The notes under the pieces: generated by a model
Seen by the model: the letters and a program-made list of their open reading frames with translations, nothing else
What the model was told of the DNA's origin: nothing
The model's database searches: none
Shown here: positions 44,790-58,360 of the stretch, piece by piece
Position numbering within the stretch: the first letter of the stretch is position 1
Layout: the number at the start of each line of letters is the position of its first letter
From: Trichosphaerium sp. ATCC 40318
Taxonomy: Eukaryota; Protista; Tubulinea
Direction: 5' to 3'
DNA length: 64,000 bases
NCBI GenBank assembly: GCA_038496445.1
Contig: JALMLS010000505.1
Span: 62,001 to 126,000, forward strand
Made by a program: the position numbers and the translations under genes

Positions 44790-45057
44790 AAAAAAGTTGA
44801 AAAAGAAATAAATCTCCAGTTGTACAAACTATGGCGCAAAGTTATCTGTCGCTTTCTACCTATGAGTGTTGTATTCCCTTCTTTTGTAGGTCACCCGAAC
44901 CTGCGTGTAAGGGAGAACGTTTTGGAAGTGACTTGTCATATGACGTGACTCTTCATTCTATGAGTAGTGACATAACGGTTTATTTAGTCACGTGTTTTCT
45001 TATATTTTACGCTTTTAATATTACTAAACGCATCATACGATCAACACATCAACTTAT

Positions 45058-46022
45058 ATGGAACCACACGCTAATGGGATAATTGATGGTGATCACATTC
45101 CAATCGAGATATGGGTTACGGTCCTTAATTTTGTACCTGACAAGTACCTACTACGTGTCGAGCTTGTGTGTACTTTATTTTTGTGTATTTTGAGAGATTA
45201 TTTTGGCTGTAAACCGCCTACTGTTGTTAAAAGAATCAACAGCAAGAAACAGTTGAAAAAACTTCATAAACGAAAGAGTTTTTTTCATTTAAACATATGC
45301 CAAGTTGAGATTAATTACGAAATGAAGGCAAAACACTTTAAGAAATATCTGATTGGAGTGTTTTCTATTCGTTGCATTTATAAATGTGTGAATGAGAACT
45401 TCGTCAAAGCATTGGCTGGAGTTCATACAATTAACCTTTCTGGTACTAGTGTGACAGATGAAGGTGTCAAAGCACTGGCTGGCGTTCATACTATTGATCT
45501 TTCAAGTGCAAGATATGTTACAGATGAAGGTATCAAAGCATTATCAGGTGTTCATACTATTAATCTGTTTTGTACCAAAGTAAAAGATAGAGGTGTCATA
45601 GCATTGGCCGGAGTTCATACAATTAATCTTTGTTATACTGCTGTTACAGATACAGGTGTCAAAGTATTAGGTGGAGTTCATACAATTAATCTTTTGGCTA
45701 CTAAAGTTACAGATGAAGGGTCAAAGCATTATCAGGTGTTCATACAATTAATCTCTGTAAAACTGGCGTGACAGACGAAGGTATCATAGCATTGGCTGGA
45801 GTTCATTCAATTAATTTGTCCCAAACAGCAGTGACAAATAGAGGTGTCAGAGCATTATCAGGTGTTCATACAATTATTCTTTCTGGTACTAGTGTGACAC
45901 GTGACGGTATTGAAGCATTGGCTGGAGTACGTAAAGTTGACTTTTCTTATACTCCCTTTTATTATTATGATGGTTTCATTAAGTTAACAAATATTACTCA
46001 TGAATTTCTTTACGAACAATGA
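45058..46022 (+). CDS. Intronless F-box + LRR (21-aa repeats) protein with a 1-nt frameshift at about 45720
   Basis: F-box HIPIEIWVTVLNFV..LLRVELVC; about 9 repeats VTDEGVKALAGVHTINLxxTx. gaagggtcaaa versus gaaggtgtcaaa in sister repeats splits ORFs 45058 and 45768. Confidence 0.85.
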
Positions 46023-46298
46023 AGTCTATTGCTTTGTTGGCTTGAACCTAACATGGCGTGTATGATTCATGAGCTAATAGTGCAACAGTATGTTTATTGT
46101 AATATAAAACCACATTTTGTAATCGGACTAGAAAAAAGGTGTGTAAGTTTTCAATCATTGGGTACTGGCTGTTTCGAAAAAAGTGTTGCACTTTCTTGTT
46201 AACTGTGTAGCACAAATATTGCAATATTTGTTTCGATAGGAGAAGCTATCCTGGGTTTTAAACGATTGGAATGGTTTTATTTATTACAAAATTCTATC

Positions 46299-48565
46299 TT
46301 ATTTTAGGTTGTCTAAACATCGATTGACATGTGCGCTGACCTCGTTTGGAGATCCTTTAATACTTGTCATGCACAAAGGACAGGAAACTGCCTTTACATT
46401 ATTGTCTTCCTTTGTCAAATCAAGTATGATTTTGGGCTTCTTTTCAGGTGACAACTTTTGTTTTTTCAACGGACTTTTTCTTTTTAGTTGTACAGTGTCT
46501 GTTGGTCTTGATCTCTTTGTAGCTATAACAGATCATTAAAACAGTTTATCAATATTAGTTATAAAGATAGGTATCGTACATGTCTTTGGAGGAGAATATC
46601 TAACACCTGAGGTAACACGTGATTTCTCACGAGGTGAAACATAACGTTCTGCTTGTGGTATAAATTCTAAAACTTTTTTTTCATTTAACAAGTTCCAAAT
46701 CACGTGCTCTGCAGTTTTTTTTGTTTTAGGTAATTTCAGTTCTTTTATATACATCTCATACTTCTTTATTTTTTCCCACAAGCTTCGCAATACGTTTGAT
46801 GTTTCTTGTGGGTTATTTGTTGTCAAGAGCTTGAAGTTTTTGTTTGATGAGATGTCAGCGCAGAGTTGTTTGTATTTTTTTCTAGCTTCAATTATATCGC
46901 TGTGTAGGAATCGTATTGAGTCTAAAAAGGTGTCCAATCAGATAACATATTATTTATGATAAGTCATGCTGTTCTCTCTGGACATGAAGAAAGCTTCAAA
47001 GAACGATTCAAAAGTACAATTTAAGTTAGTTTAATTTATAAACGTACTGAACTCTGGGTTACCCTCAAATAAGAAAAATATTTGCACAAGTGGGTTTTTT
47101 TGCTTATAAGATATTAAACGGGCTTTTTGTTTTTCATAACGTCCATCTATTAGTGATGCTTGGATATCTAAACAAAAAAAGAGTTTTAGAATTCATTCTT
47201 TATCCAAAAAATACCTTTAAAGGTCTTTCTCTCAATGACAAAAGGTAGTTTATACACGTCATCTGTACTGTCTTTATATACAATATCGTAATCACCAATT
47301 GGAAGTAGATATGTTTCATGACTAACGTTTACTTCTACGCCAAAAGTCAAACACCAAAACGAATAATAAAAAACCGCTTTTGAGAACTTAACTCACTCTT
47401 AAGTTTGGCATGTATTTCATACAACTTCTTTCCTTGGCCACCTTCACGTTCATCTACTCTAAGAACAATACCACTTTCATTATTATGTGAATACATTTCT
47501 AAAAATACTTTAGAGCCTGTGATGTGCAAACCAAGTTGGAGGTGTTTGCTACCTTTTCTAATTTTTGGTTTTGAATCTCTAAAACTCAGTATCCTTTTGG
47601 CAGCTTCTTTACCTGCTTCTGATAAACTGTATAACAGCTCATTCGTGGCAAATCTCTCTTTCAATAATTTGCCATAAGAAGGCCAACTTAATTGTACTAA
47701 CGACTTGCGTGCAAAGGACTACTAATTGTAAGTGCAGATTCTTCAATGGAAAAAAAAAGAAATGTAATCGCGTTGAACAAGAGTAAAAGAACTAAGCCTT
47801 CATTAAAAATTGTGACCAGAGCACAAACTGTTTACCATGCGACCATTTAACCCAAAATTGTAAGAAAGAGCATTTTTTCTCTTATTTTATGTGAATTAAT
47901 TAAATGTACCTTTGGGCTAACAATATCTTCTTCACATAACTGATTCGCAGCGTTGATCGCATCTCTACTAGTCATTTCATTATTATCTATGCATAATAAT
48001 TATTACACATGCCAATGGCCTTCGTACCATTATTGTATATAGCAACTATAAAAGCACTTGCTGCTTCCACAAACAACTTTTTCGGTTTTTCTCCAGATAC
48101 ATCATCCTTTGTCTTAGCAAGTATCTACTCAACTATTACGTTATCTATACTCCTCAACAAAACTTACGTTAACCATACCACCTGTTAATACACCTCGTAG
48201 ATGATTTTGATGTGATATAGATTTGGTACAAAGACCAAGAGAGGTGATCGCTTTTCGATACAAATCTTTTTTCTTTGTATTATTTTCTTTCATCTCTACA
48301 GTTTAAGTTATTTATCGATGTTGGTAAAGAGATGCTCACCTAGTCTTATAAGCTGTCTCAAATACTTGAAACGTTGCTCTGCTTTTCCTATAAACTTGTA
48401 CGTCTGCCTTACTTTTGCTGTTGCAACAAGTCCCTTTCTTGGTATCGGTTTTTGACCTTCAACCTTTTTGACATTGAACTTGCCTCTTCACGTGACAGAA
48501 AAAAGTTAATTTACTTATTCGTGTCTACTCAAAATTCCAAGTAGATACGTACTTGTAGTATCCAT
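46299..48565 (-). CDS. MUS81: MUS81-like ERCC4 structure-specific endonuclease with C-terminal UBZ4 zinc finger
   Basis: YRKAITSL (N-terminal HhH region), YSLSEAG (winged helix), VDERE, LPIGDY, IERKTFKDIQASLIDGRYEKQKARL, FLFEG; C-terminal CPLC..HVNRCL. Confidence 0.85.
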
Positions 48566-49250
48566 ACGTTACATTTTTTTTGTACTTGCTCAAGAACGCG
48601 TACAATTTCCTTTTTTTAAACAGTTAGTAAAACGATTACGTCAAAGTTGCACTTCAACTCGAAACTACTAGCTAAAAATCACGTGTTTTGGCTGGCGCCT
48701 TTTGGACAAAAGTTTAGACACGAAACAGATTATTTTTGTAAAGTCAAACATGCCAATCCATATCGCTCAGAGTAGTGTAAACGTGCTATTTTTTGGGTAA
48801 TGCGTACTGACAATCAGATTTAGCCACGTAAAAACTAATTTGCTTTCTGTCGCTCGCCATGAAGTCTATTACCTTCGAAATGGGTGATGTGTTCGCCTGT
48901 AGAAAATAAAACCGTCAAAAAGTTGCTAATACTGTTTTTTTGTGGTTCCGGACTTGTTTTGGGTTAAATGCGGTACCATTAGGAATGATTGCACGCTTTC
49001 AGGCGTTTTTAACTTGCTAGACACCCAAAACTGATACTAACGTCACAAGAGCTACCACCAACGCATGGGCTGTCGCAAACCGTTGGTTTTAACCTGTATT
49101 ACAGCGAGGTTAAGTCACAAAAGGTGTACGTTATTCTAAGTTCGGTTACAATTCCACAAGGGTAATTTAATTTACATATTTTATTACTTTGCTCCCTTCG
49201 TGAGAGCGTATGTACATTACTTGTTTTAATACATGATCTGGAAAATCGGT

Positions 49251-52200
49251 TTAAGGCATATACTCGCCATCTGGGTCAACAGAAGCTTGTGCTCTAGGTC
49301 TTTTCTTTATCCTAATAACACGCTTCTTCTTTTTCGCAGGTGCCTTCTGCTTTTTAGATCTCGCAGCCTTTGATGCAGTTTTTGTCTTTGAACGCGAATT
49401 AGCGTAGTCAGAGGCATCGCCTTTCATAAGAGACTTGAACTAAGAATAAAACATGAGTATACGACGTAACACGATAATGACTACAGTTTGCTCCAAACGC
49501 AGTCTTATTTTGTTCAAAGAGAAAAGAAAGGAAAGCTCGTTATAGAAAGATTGGTGTACCTTTTCATAAACAGTTTTCTGCATTGCCTTTGTTTTTTCCC
49601 ATCCTTTTTGTTCAAGTTTCATATCAATATGAAGAGCTCTTGAAATATTAACACTTGATATTGGCATTCGTGGATTAAGGGGTCCAGGGTTAGCGTCATT
49701 TGGCATATAAGCTTTAATCTTGCTAAAATAGGAAACAAATAAGGAACTTATTACCATATTGTAAACAATGTTGTAAACCAAGAGACGTACTTGTCAGACA
49801 AGCCATAGAAGCTCTTTAAAAACTTTTTGATATCCAGCAGATATGTAAGCGCACGTGCTGATCGTAATAGAGGAACTAAAGGTAAAGATCATAAGCAAAA
49901 ACAACTAGACGAAGAAAGAAAATAAAAACTATCGTACTCAAATTTTCGCATGTTTCACCGTTCTTGTAGTGATTACGCAACGTATCCAAAACATCTCCAC
50001 CACGGAATTGTATAATTGTGTTAATAGAGTGTATAAGGTACAGAGGCTCTTCTTGTAGTGTAAACTCGATACTAATCAAAGATACAGCAACATAATAAGC
50101 CATTGCTAGCTTAACCTAAAGAAAACAAATTAGACGAAGATCCACCAAACATTAGCATTGATAAGTTACGTACATTCTCTTGATCAAAAAAGTGAGCAAC
50201 GATCTGCAAGAATGCTCTACGAGATGACTTGAACTCATTGAATAATAAATAGAGCTTCGCGAGGGAAGATTCTCGAACAATAGTCCCGTTAGATTCAGTT
50301 TCTATCACGGCTGAAGAAAAAACGTCAGAAAACAAAACATGACAAAATTTCCTTAAAAAAACCACAAGCGTACGCTTTGCTGATCCATAACACTCAATCT
50401 GAAAATTGTAAGCCATTTCTACGCCATCTCTCAACCTTTATAAAGAAGTAAGCCACGTGAACATTACAACTTGAAGAAAAAAACCGAACCTATTTTGAAT
50501 AGAGCCTGAGTCAGCTGAGTGAATATCTTCAAGAAGAGAAGCGCCCCTAAACAAGAAACAATAAGTAAACATTATTCTTTTGTAATCTAACTAGCTATAG
50601 AAATACGTACTTATCAGCTAGGATTCCTCTATGATCCGTTGATAACGCAATAAAGTATGGAGTGCATTGAATAGGATGAACAAGTCCACGTCTTATAACA
50701 AGAGCCATTAATTCAGCTGCTTGATTTCTAATCAATGGATCCTTATCCAATACATGCTTAAGGATCCCTTTAAGCGCATTTTGAAGTGCCCATCCAGCTA
50801 CACCCTGCAATCAAAAGTGTTAGTTGCAAAACATAAATATTCGTCTCAAAGTCCACGAAAAACACGGCACGTACAGATTCAGCGAAGCCATTATCATCCT
50901 CGTCCTTCACAGCGTTGAATACTTTAGTTTGCATTTTTTCCAACTCAAACTGAAGAAAGTCCAGGAAAGTTTTTAGAGTCTGGTTTTTAATCTTCAAGTT
51001 ATTAGACTTGAGAGCTTCCCTTAAAAAAAAGTTTTAGTTTTTATACTATAACACAACACCGAGACTTACTGTACTATTTTTTGATAGCGTATAACTACGG
51101 CAGGGTAGCTACAGAATAAGAAACCAAGACCACGTAATGCTGTTGATTTGATATCAATATCTTTGCTTTGCCAAAAAGCGGTGTAAAGAGTACACATGGA
51201 CTCAACATGGTCGCCCTTTAAAATAGAGATTAGACGATTTCTTTTTGTACAAAATCGACTTTCTTATACACGTACATAACGAGCATCTTTCATCTTGTTA
51301 ATGCGCTGTGTTACAATAGTGTCTTGATAGAGGGTTAGAAGGTTCTTCAAAAAAAAAAGCAAAAAAAAACCAACAAAAAACGTTGCTGTACCATTATCAA
51401 AATTGTAGTGCTTGCAAAGTAGCCCGTTACCAAATAGAGCGCGAAGGATACTCAATCTGACTTTATGAGGTTGTGCTCTAGATTTGTATTGTACACCAGC
51501 GAGGTACTTTTTGAATGCATTATACAACGTTCGTAAATGTGTATCATCGTGTGTTACTTTTGTCACAATAGTACACATACATTTAATACAACTCCGCATG
51601 ACCTTGAAAAAGAAAATTAGTAATTCAACAGACCATATAGTGTTAAAAAAAGCCAGTCAGTTTGAAACTAGAGAACATACCATCATGCCTTGCTGGTAAA
51701 CTAATGAGCATAGATCTGATTGAAGTGATTGTAGCCAAAGAGTGTTTGGTTGTGGTATTAGAGGAATAGTACGTTCTAATATTTCAGCAACTGCCTGCTT
51801 TATCTTGTCTTCTTCTTTTGACTTTTTCTACAAAACAAGCGTTAGACCTCAGAAATAGTTTTCAAAAGTAGGATTACCTTTGACTTTAAGTAAGGTTGTA
51901 AAGTCTCAACGTGAGGAATAAGAAACTCAGCGTTTGCTGAAGATAACATATTCAAAGTTAGAATAATCACAGCGACTTTCTCAACAAGCTTTGGGCCACT
52001 CTAAATTAGCGTAAGAACGACAATATCCCACGTAAAAATACTCAAAAAACCAACGAAAAAAAGTACTTACCGTAGAAGAGTTCATTGCATCTTCTTCCTC
52101 AAGTGTAAGCGTACGCTCAACGAGAGCGTCACATATTTTTTGACATATAGTATGAACGACTTGTCTTTCCTTCTTAACACGTGTAGTATCATCATCGTCA

Positions 52201-55200
52201 TGAGTCAAAAGCTAAAGAGATAGGAACATTAGCTTCTCTTCAAGAACTTCATTTAAAGAAACAAACAAAATAGTCACGTACACTTTTAATAAGAGATTTA
52301 AGCCAAGAAAAAGCAGAAGGATTACTGCCCAAGACTTCAGTTATTTGTTCAATCTTCTGTGTAATACCAAACGTTGTCTTTTTACCAGTGCGTTCATCAA
52401 CGAATGTTTTTTCAATTTGTTTAAACCATAAAGCCTTGAAAGTGCCTATTACAAGCTCTTTTATGGACTCTTCCAAATCATCAAGACAGCTAGCCATTTT
52501 TACGCAAATAAAGGGTACAATAGGGTTGAATGGTTGGCTTAGACAAACATTCTTTGATATTTTAATAACACGTTTCCTACAAACTTGTTAGACTATTTGT
52601 AGTTGGAGAAGTTGCTTGGCGCGTACCTGACACTAAGACCCTTATCCCTGATGCGCTCTGCAATCATCATGTAGTAATGCTTTGCGAACTCTGGTCTATA
52701 CAAGATATACCGTCCTACCATATCAACAGCAGCTTCTCTAACAGCAATAGATGCATCTTTGAAACGTGCATTCACAGCTGATTGTACTAACGACTAAAAG
52801 TAGATTGAATAAATATTCAAGCATCTTGAAAGATGAATAAACAACAAGATAAACGTACATCAGCAAGAATAGTTGGATCGCTTTCTACAATAGTTATTAA
52901 GGACTTCATGGCCTAGGAAGTGTTAGTGAGAGGAAGATGTTGGCATTAAAAGTGTACTTTTGCACGAAATTTAGTTTGTGAGTCATTCATTACAGCAATG
53001 ATACATTTCAATAAAGCAGACCATTTTTTAATAAGAGGTCGCTCAATTGAAAGACTTCTAGTGATTGTTTCAGTCCCAGAAAGAGTCAAGGAAGGGTATT
53101 TTCCTGGATCTATGACACAATCTTCAGGCATCTTCCATTGTGCTCTAGAGTTCAAAAACTGGTTAGCAAGTCAAAAGAGTAAACTCAATACAAATCTGCT
53201 TGATTAAGTACCTATAGTAGTCTATATTTTCGTTGTGATCTTCGTAGTTCCACTGGCTAATGTGAAATTTCCTAGCAAAGGCATGGCTTACATCACCAGG
53301 TTCAGCACAAGCGAGGTAGTTCAAAATGAATTGCTTTGAAACTTGATCTTGTAGATCAGTATCTTGAGAACGCTGTGGTGTATTATCGCTTAACAAATCA
53401 TCGTTTGATTCCTCTACGCTATCATCTTCACCGAAATTCTGCAAAAAGAAATTAAGCATTGAATTGTATGTCTATATTTTGAAAAGAAGAACGTACCACA
53501 GTTTTTTTCTTGCGTGGCGAGAAAAGGCCTTTTTCGGATGTTTTCTTCATGGAACGAATTTGACGCTTGATTCTACAAGCATCGCAGAACCAAGAAGAAG
53601 GTACACATTGTGAATCGACTTGAACACATTCTCCATGAAACCATTGATGACATTCATCACAATCTAACATAAATCGCTGTACAAAGAATAAGCACATTGG
53701 AAACCTGTAAACCAAGTTCATTTGAGGACGTACTTGACCCCATCCGGAGTTACACGTAGGACAAGTAGCACTTGAGTCTTTTCCTTCTTTTGTTGGCGTT
53801 TGTTGTGGAGAAGGTGAGGATGATATAATATTTTGAGTGTTATCAATGAACAATGCAACTCTAGCGCGAGCGCAAATGACACCCAATAACTCCACACTCA
53901 AGATACGTAGAATATCAGGTACTTCAGATTTCTTCTTTGTTATATTCTGAGCTAGGTTTCTGCTGAGAGTTTGAAGAAGTAACTCAGATACAGGCCACAT
54001 AGGTCGATTTAATGTAATCAATAAATCTTCAGCAAAATTTTTGAGTATAGGTCTATAATCGTTTTCTTTTGTACGACTAAAAACAATTGTAAACAAAAAT
54101 CAGTTATTCAAAAATTCGTGTTTATCACGGTGGCTAAGGCACGTACTTTTTACAATAAGATAATAATGTCTGGACGTAATAAGAAGCACAACCAATAGCT
54201 GCTTGGTAAGTGTTGTTGAGGTTACCTTCGTTTTCACCCTACGCATTAACTTGTAAGCTACAGTCAAAAAATGTTTTAACATACAGAACTTGGTAAACCA
54301 GTACAACTTTGGAGTAGTTGCATGACGAGAGCTGATACCATTTGTATTGATTTTTTTGTACCATTGACTTTATAAGCACGAGTACAACGTTTTTTCCCAG
54401 CGAGTTTCTTCAAGTTTATAATTGTATCTTCCAAAATAATAGAACGTTGTCCGTGGTATCTAGAAAATACCTAAACAAAAAAAAGTCAGAATCGAACTAA
54501 ATCCAATACAACAAAAATCTATACTTACACCACGAAGTACAGCCATAGCACTTAACTGAAGGGCATTACCAGCATCAATATAGAAAGCAGGGAGCGATAA
54601 GTCAACAATGTCAGAGACAATAGAATCTATCAATTGACCAGCACCAAGTAACTCATATATTTTGTCCAAAATCTCTATTATTTTGTTTCGCAAAGCTCCG
54701 CTAGAAAAAATATTCGATTAGCCAAAAAAAAGGGGATGAGAATAACTTACGGGCTGTTGACATTACTGTCATGTTTTCTCTTTCTTCGCCTTTTTTTAGG
54801 CTTTGGTTTTTCTCCTTCTTTCATTTCTGTATCATCTTCAATAGGTTGATCATACGTAGGGTCATAGTGTGGTACTAGATAGTGGCGCATTTGAAATTTA
54901 CATAGTCGCAAGGAAGAGTCAATAAGCTTAATGGAGTTAATAGAATGCATTGAGGAAGAATACGAATTACCTCTTCAGAAATAAGGCCTTTTGAGATGCC
55001 CTCGGTAGTCAAGATATGAAAAGCAATCAATACGGACTCTAAACCGCTCATAACAACCAAGTAATCGTTAGACATATTCAAGTCTTCCTGTAGTAACAAG
55101 TTAACACAAGAGACATTCTGAGAATTCCTCGTACCTTTGCGTGAGGCTCTAATTTTACACCAACGCATTGGTTTATTTGTTCTTGCAAGCAAGTTGTGAT

Positions 55201-56293
55201 TTGTTTCAGCGTCTCTTCTGAAATCTTATCAAAGTTACCCATTTCCTTCAGATTTACAAACTCAGAGCAGAATTGGCTAAGAAGAATATCTGGGATAGGA
55301 CTCTTGACGTCTTGATCTTGTTTTTGTTCTTCTGGCTCATCAGTTTCCATACGATCCTAGAACGAAAGCAATTAGTTCTTCATGTATGTAATTGGAGTCA
55401 TTAAACCACGTACTGTTTTGGTACTGGCGTGCCAATTTTGTATTTGGTCTACAAAATCGTTAAACCGCCAAAGAGGATCTTTTGGTTCCTCTAAATAGGT
55501 GTTTAGTAGATTGAAAGAAGTTTTTGGTACCTTTAACTTGTGCAGTCTGCTTGCGCGTTCGTTTCTTTGGTCTCAAGTCATCAGAATCTCCAGACTTACG
55601 CTTTTTTGGTAATTTATTTGGCGTCACTTTGGTAATGACCATCTCATTTACCTTTACAGAATTAACTACTCGTAGCCTCAAACTATCAAAAAAATTACGT
55701 TGAACTCCTTGAATGGACTTGGTGGCATAGCAGTTGGCATGTGTTTTTTTGAAATAGGCGTTAAAGGTGGAGATTTTAGTACGTAAACAGGCGCGTTTTC
55801 TAGGCGTTAGGTTAACAACACATGACATCTTGATGTTATTTTTTTTGTAGAATTGACTTTTGTTAATTCAAACAATGCGTCAAAAATGGGTATATTTCGT
55901 ACCTCTGCGCTCTGCTAGAAGCATAGGGTTAACTTGATGTAACCGCGTAAGCAAAGTATTTGAAACTTGATTGCGTTGCGTTGTGACACCAGGTTTTATA
56001 CGGCTGTGTATTAACGGTTAGGCTGTACTGGTATTTTAGCTGAGCGGTTACAATGCTCAGCTCTCTACAAGTTTTACGTACATATAATCTACGTTCGTAG
56101 CTGAAATTGCAGCGTTTAGAGACTCAACTAGGTTTATTGATGGCCTTTGGCATTGATCAATTGTTTCTGCGTAATCTGACTCGCTCAGTACTAGCGGTGC
56201 GATTGTAGGTGGTGTTACGCGCGGAAACGGTAGATCTGACGAGAGCGATGGAAAAGTGCCCGCGTTTGGCAAAAAGTGGGCGTTAGCGTGCAT
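49251..56293 (-). CDS. NIPBL: Cohesin loader NIPBL/Scc2 with inserted PHD finger
   Basis: FAEDLLITLNRPMWPVSELLL, DASIAVREAAVDMVG, ERIRDKGLSVRKRV, RGLVHPIQCTPYFIALSTD, EEPLYLI; PHD CPTC..MLDCDECHQWFHGECV..WFCDAC. Confidence 0.93.
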
Positions 56294-56638
56294 GTGTTAT
56301 ATTGCCGCCACCTCAAAGTGGTTGATGACGTCTCGGCGGGAACAAATGAAAAAAAATGAAATTTCTGAAGATGAGGCGGGAAAATTTGGCGCAAACTTCG
56401 AAAAATGATACCTTTGTTCAAAACTGTATTTTAGTACAGCATGATAGCAAGCAAATTAGAAGATAACAATATAGCGCGACTTTTTTGGTTCTAAGACCGC
56501 CAAATGTTGGTAGTGATAGGTTTTGTTGTACCTTTTCGACAGCCTACTCGATTTCAAAAATTTCGGAATTTCTGAAACTGTCTCAAAGCGATGCTGCCCT
56601 ACAACTTATTTGCTTTTTCCACAAACATCAATTGACTG

Positions 56639-56860
56639 TTGGATCTTCGTTGTGAGATTCAAGCATACATTTGTTCTTTTGATATAGAAGCATTTACTAA
56701 ATTCCAACACTATGAAAGAGCAGGAGTCAATACACATTTTGATGAAGCGTTTGAACAAAAGATGTTACAACAGTGGTTTGAACGTGGACAACTTGCTACA
56801 AATTGTGTTTTGTTGTCGACAACTTGTGAACATACCAAAAAAATAATAATCTATTTGTAA
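56639..56860 (+). pseudogene. Decayed paralog of the F-box-like/MORN family
   Basis: LRCEIQAYICSFDIEAFTKF resembles LPVELHLCIIDLDIETYFKW of the 17982 gene. QQWFERGQL resembles one MORN-variant unit. Confidence 0.4.
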
Positions 56861-57248
56861 AAAACAAAAAACCCCAAAGTTACAATCATTAAACACGTGG
56901 TTGCACACATGCTTGAAAAACTGGTCTATGGATGGCTTAGGTACTTTTCAACAGCGTTTATTTATCCATATCATATTGGTGGAAATAAACAGGACAATAT
57001 GAGATTGTTTCTTGAGCTTTGGGCCCAACTTTAGTTTATCCCATTTTCCACTTTTGGTTGGCAGCCGCTCCTCTTTCTCTACAACGTTTCAAATGAAGAA
57101 TAGCCCGCTTCTACGGCTACGTTAGAGCCACCAAAGACTGAACATCCTTCCTCCAGGAGCGGTTCTTGATGGTATTGTCAATAGCAGTCCGACCAAAATT
57201 CGTTGAATAAGTTGAGTTAATTTGTGCTTTTAACGAAGAGAACCAGTA

Positions 57249-57888
57249 ATGGGCAATAAACAAGGACCAGCAAAACCTGATAAAAGCAACACAGCGTATT
57301 TTAATAGTTTTGAACTGCTTGATGGCATGATTATACCTGGGCGTAGCGACAAGCTACACGATAGCCTATTTGTAATATTTAAACACCACTCTGGTTACAG
57401 GTAAGCCAAAAACTTCAAAACAAAGGCTAGAACGTACTGTCGCACGTTAAACGCTCTCGTAGCGTTAATTTACGTAAAATTCACTCAACTTCAGAGGTCA
57501 GGTGAATATACGTCGTCTGGTTGTATGGAACAAAGGCTGGGAAGTCGTTGAGGGTGAAAACGAAATTGTAGTTGCCAAAGGAGTCTTAGAGCCTAGTATT
57601 TTGGCAAACATTTTGAGCTTAGTCGAAAATGATGACAATGTGAAAAAAGCATCAGGAAAGAACTTTGATGAATACAATTTACCTACAATCCACATAAAAA
57701 AGAAACTAGAAGAGAAAGGTTGTAAGTGTCTGTTTCGTTATGATGCACCTGCTGATTGTTCTGGTGGTGCTTCTCCATGGATAGATGTGGCATCTAAGGA
57801 TGAATACGATCATTTACTTTCTATCATACAACCATTTGTTACAGAGATATTGGGTGCTGAACACAAGTATGACTTTGGATTACCTTAA
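57249..57888 (+). CDS. Hypothetical protein with probable N-myristoylation (MGNKQG), two exons
   Basis: ATG 57249, one intron from about 57401 to 57495, in-frame join with ORF 57502-57888. Confidence 0.65.
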
Positions 57889-58360
57889 ACTTTGTGCAGT
57901 CAATTTAATAGCAATCGCATGTCTCTGGAATACTTGTTACTTGAAATCAACTGACCATAAAGCAACGCTTACAGCCGAATTATTATTTCTTTGCTTGTAA
58001 CTGTTAGAGGTTAGATTGCGTGCCCTGAAAAATCTTGTGAGTGCTAGGTGCTAGTTGCCATTGAAGCTGCATATTCGATGCGTTTTGATAGCGTATTAGA
58101 GCATCTGAGTCACTTTCTAGCATTTGCGACCTGTTTTAGATTTCTTGTCAAATCCACGTGACTTCATAAAAATAACAAAATAGTTAGACCTAGTTTAACC
58201 GTTACGACATCAAGTGAGAGGTTTCTTGCCATAGCTGTCAAGCTTTTCAAAAGGCTCAAATAACGTTCACAACATACAACTACCGACGATTCAATGAGAG
58301 GTATTCTGTGACAACTCTTTCAATGAACACCTCGTTTCAATTTCTTTAAAATCTCAAACG

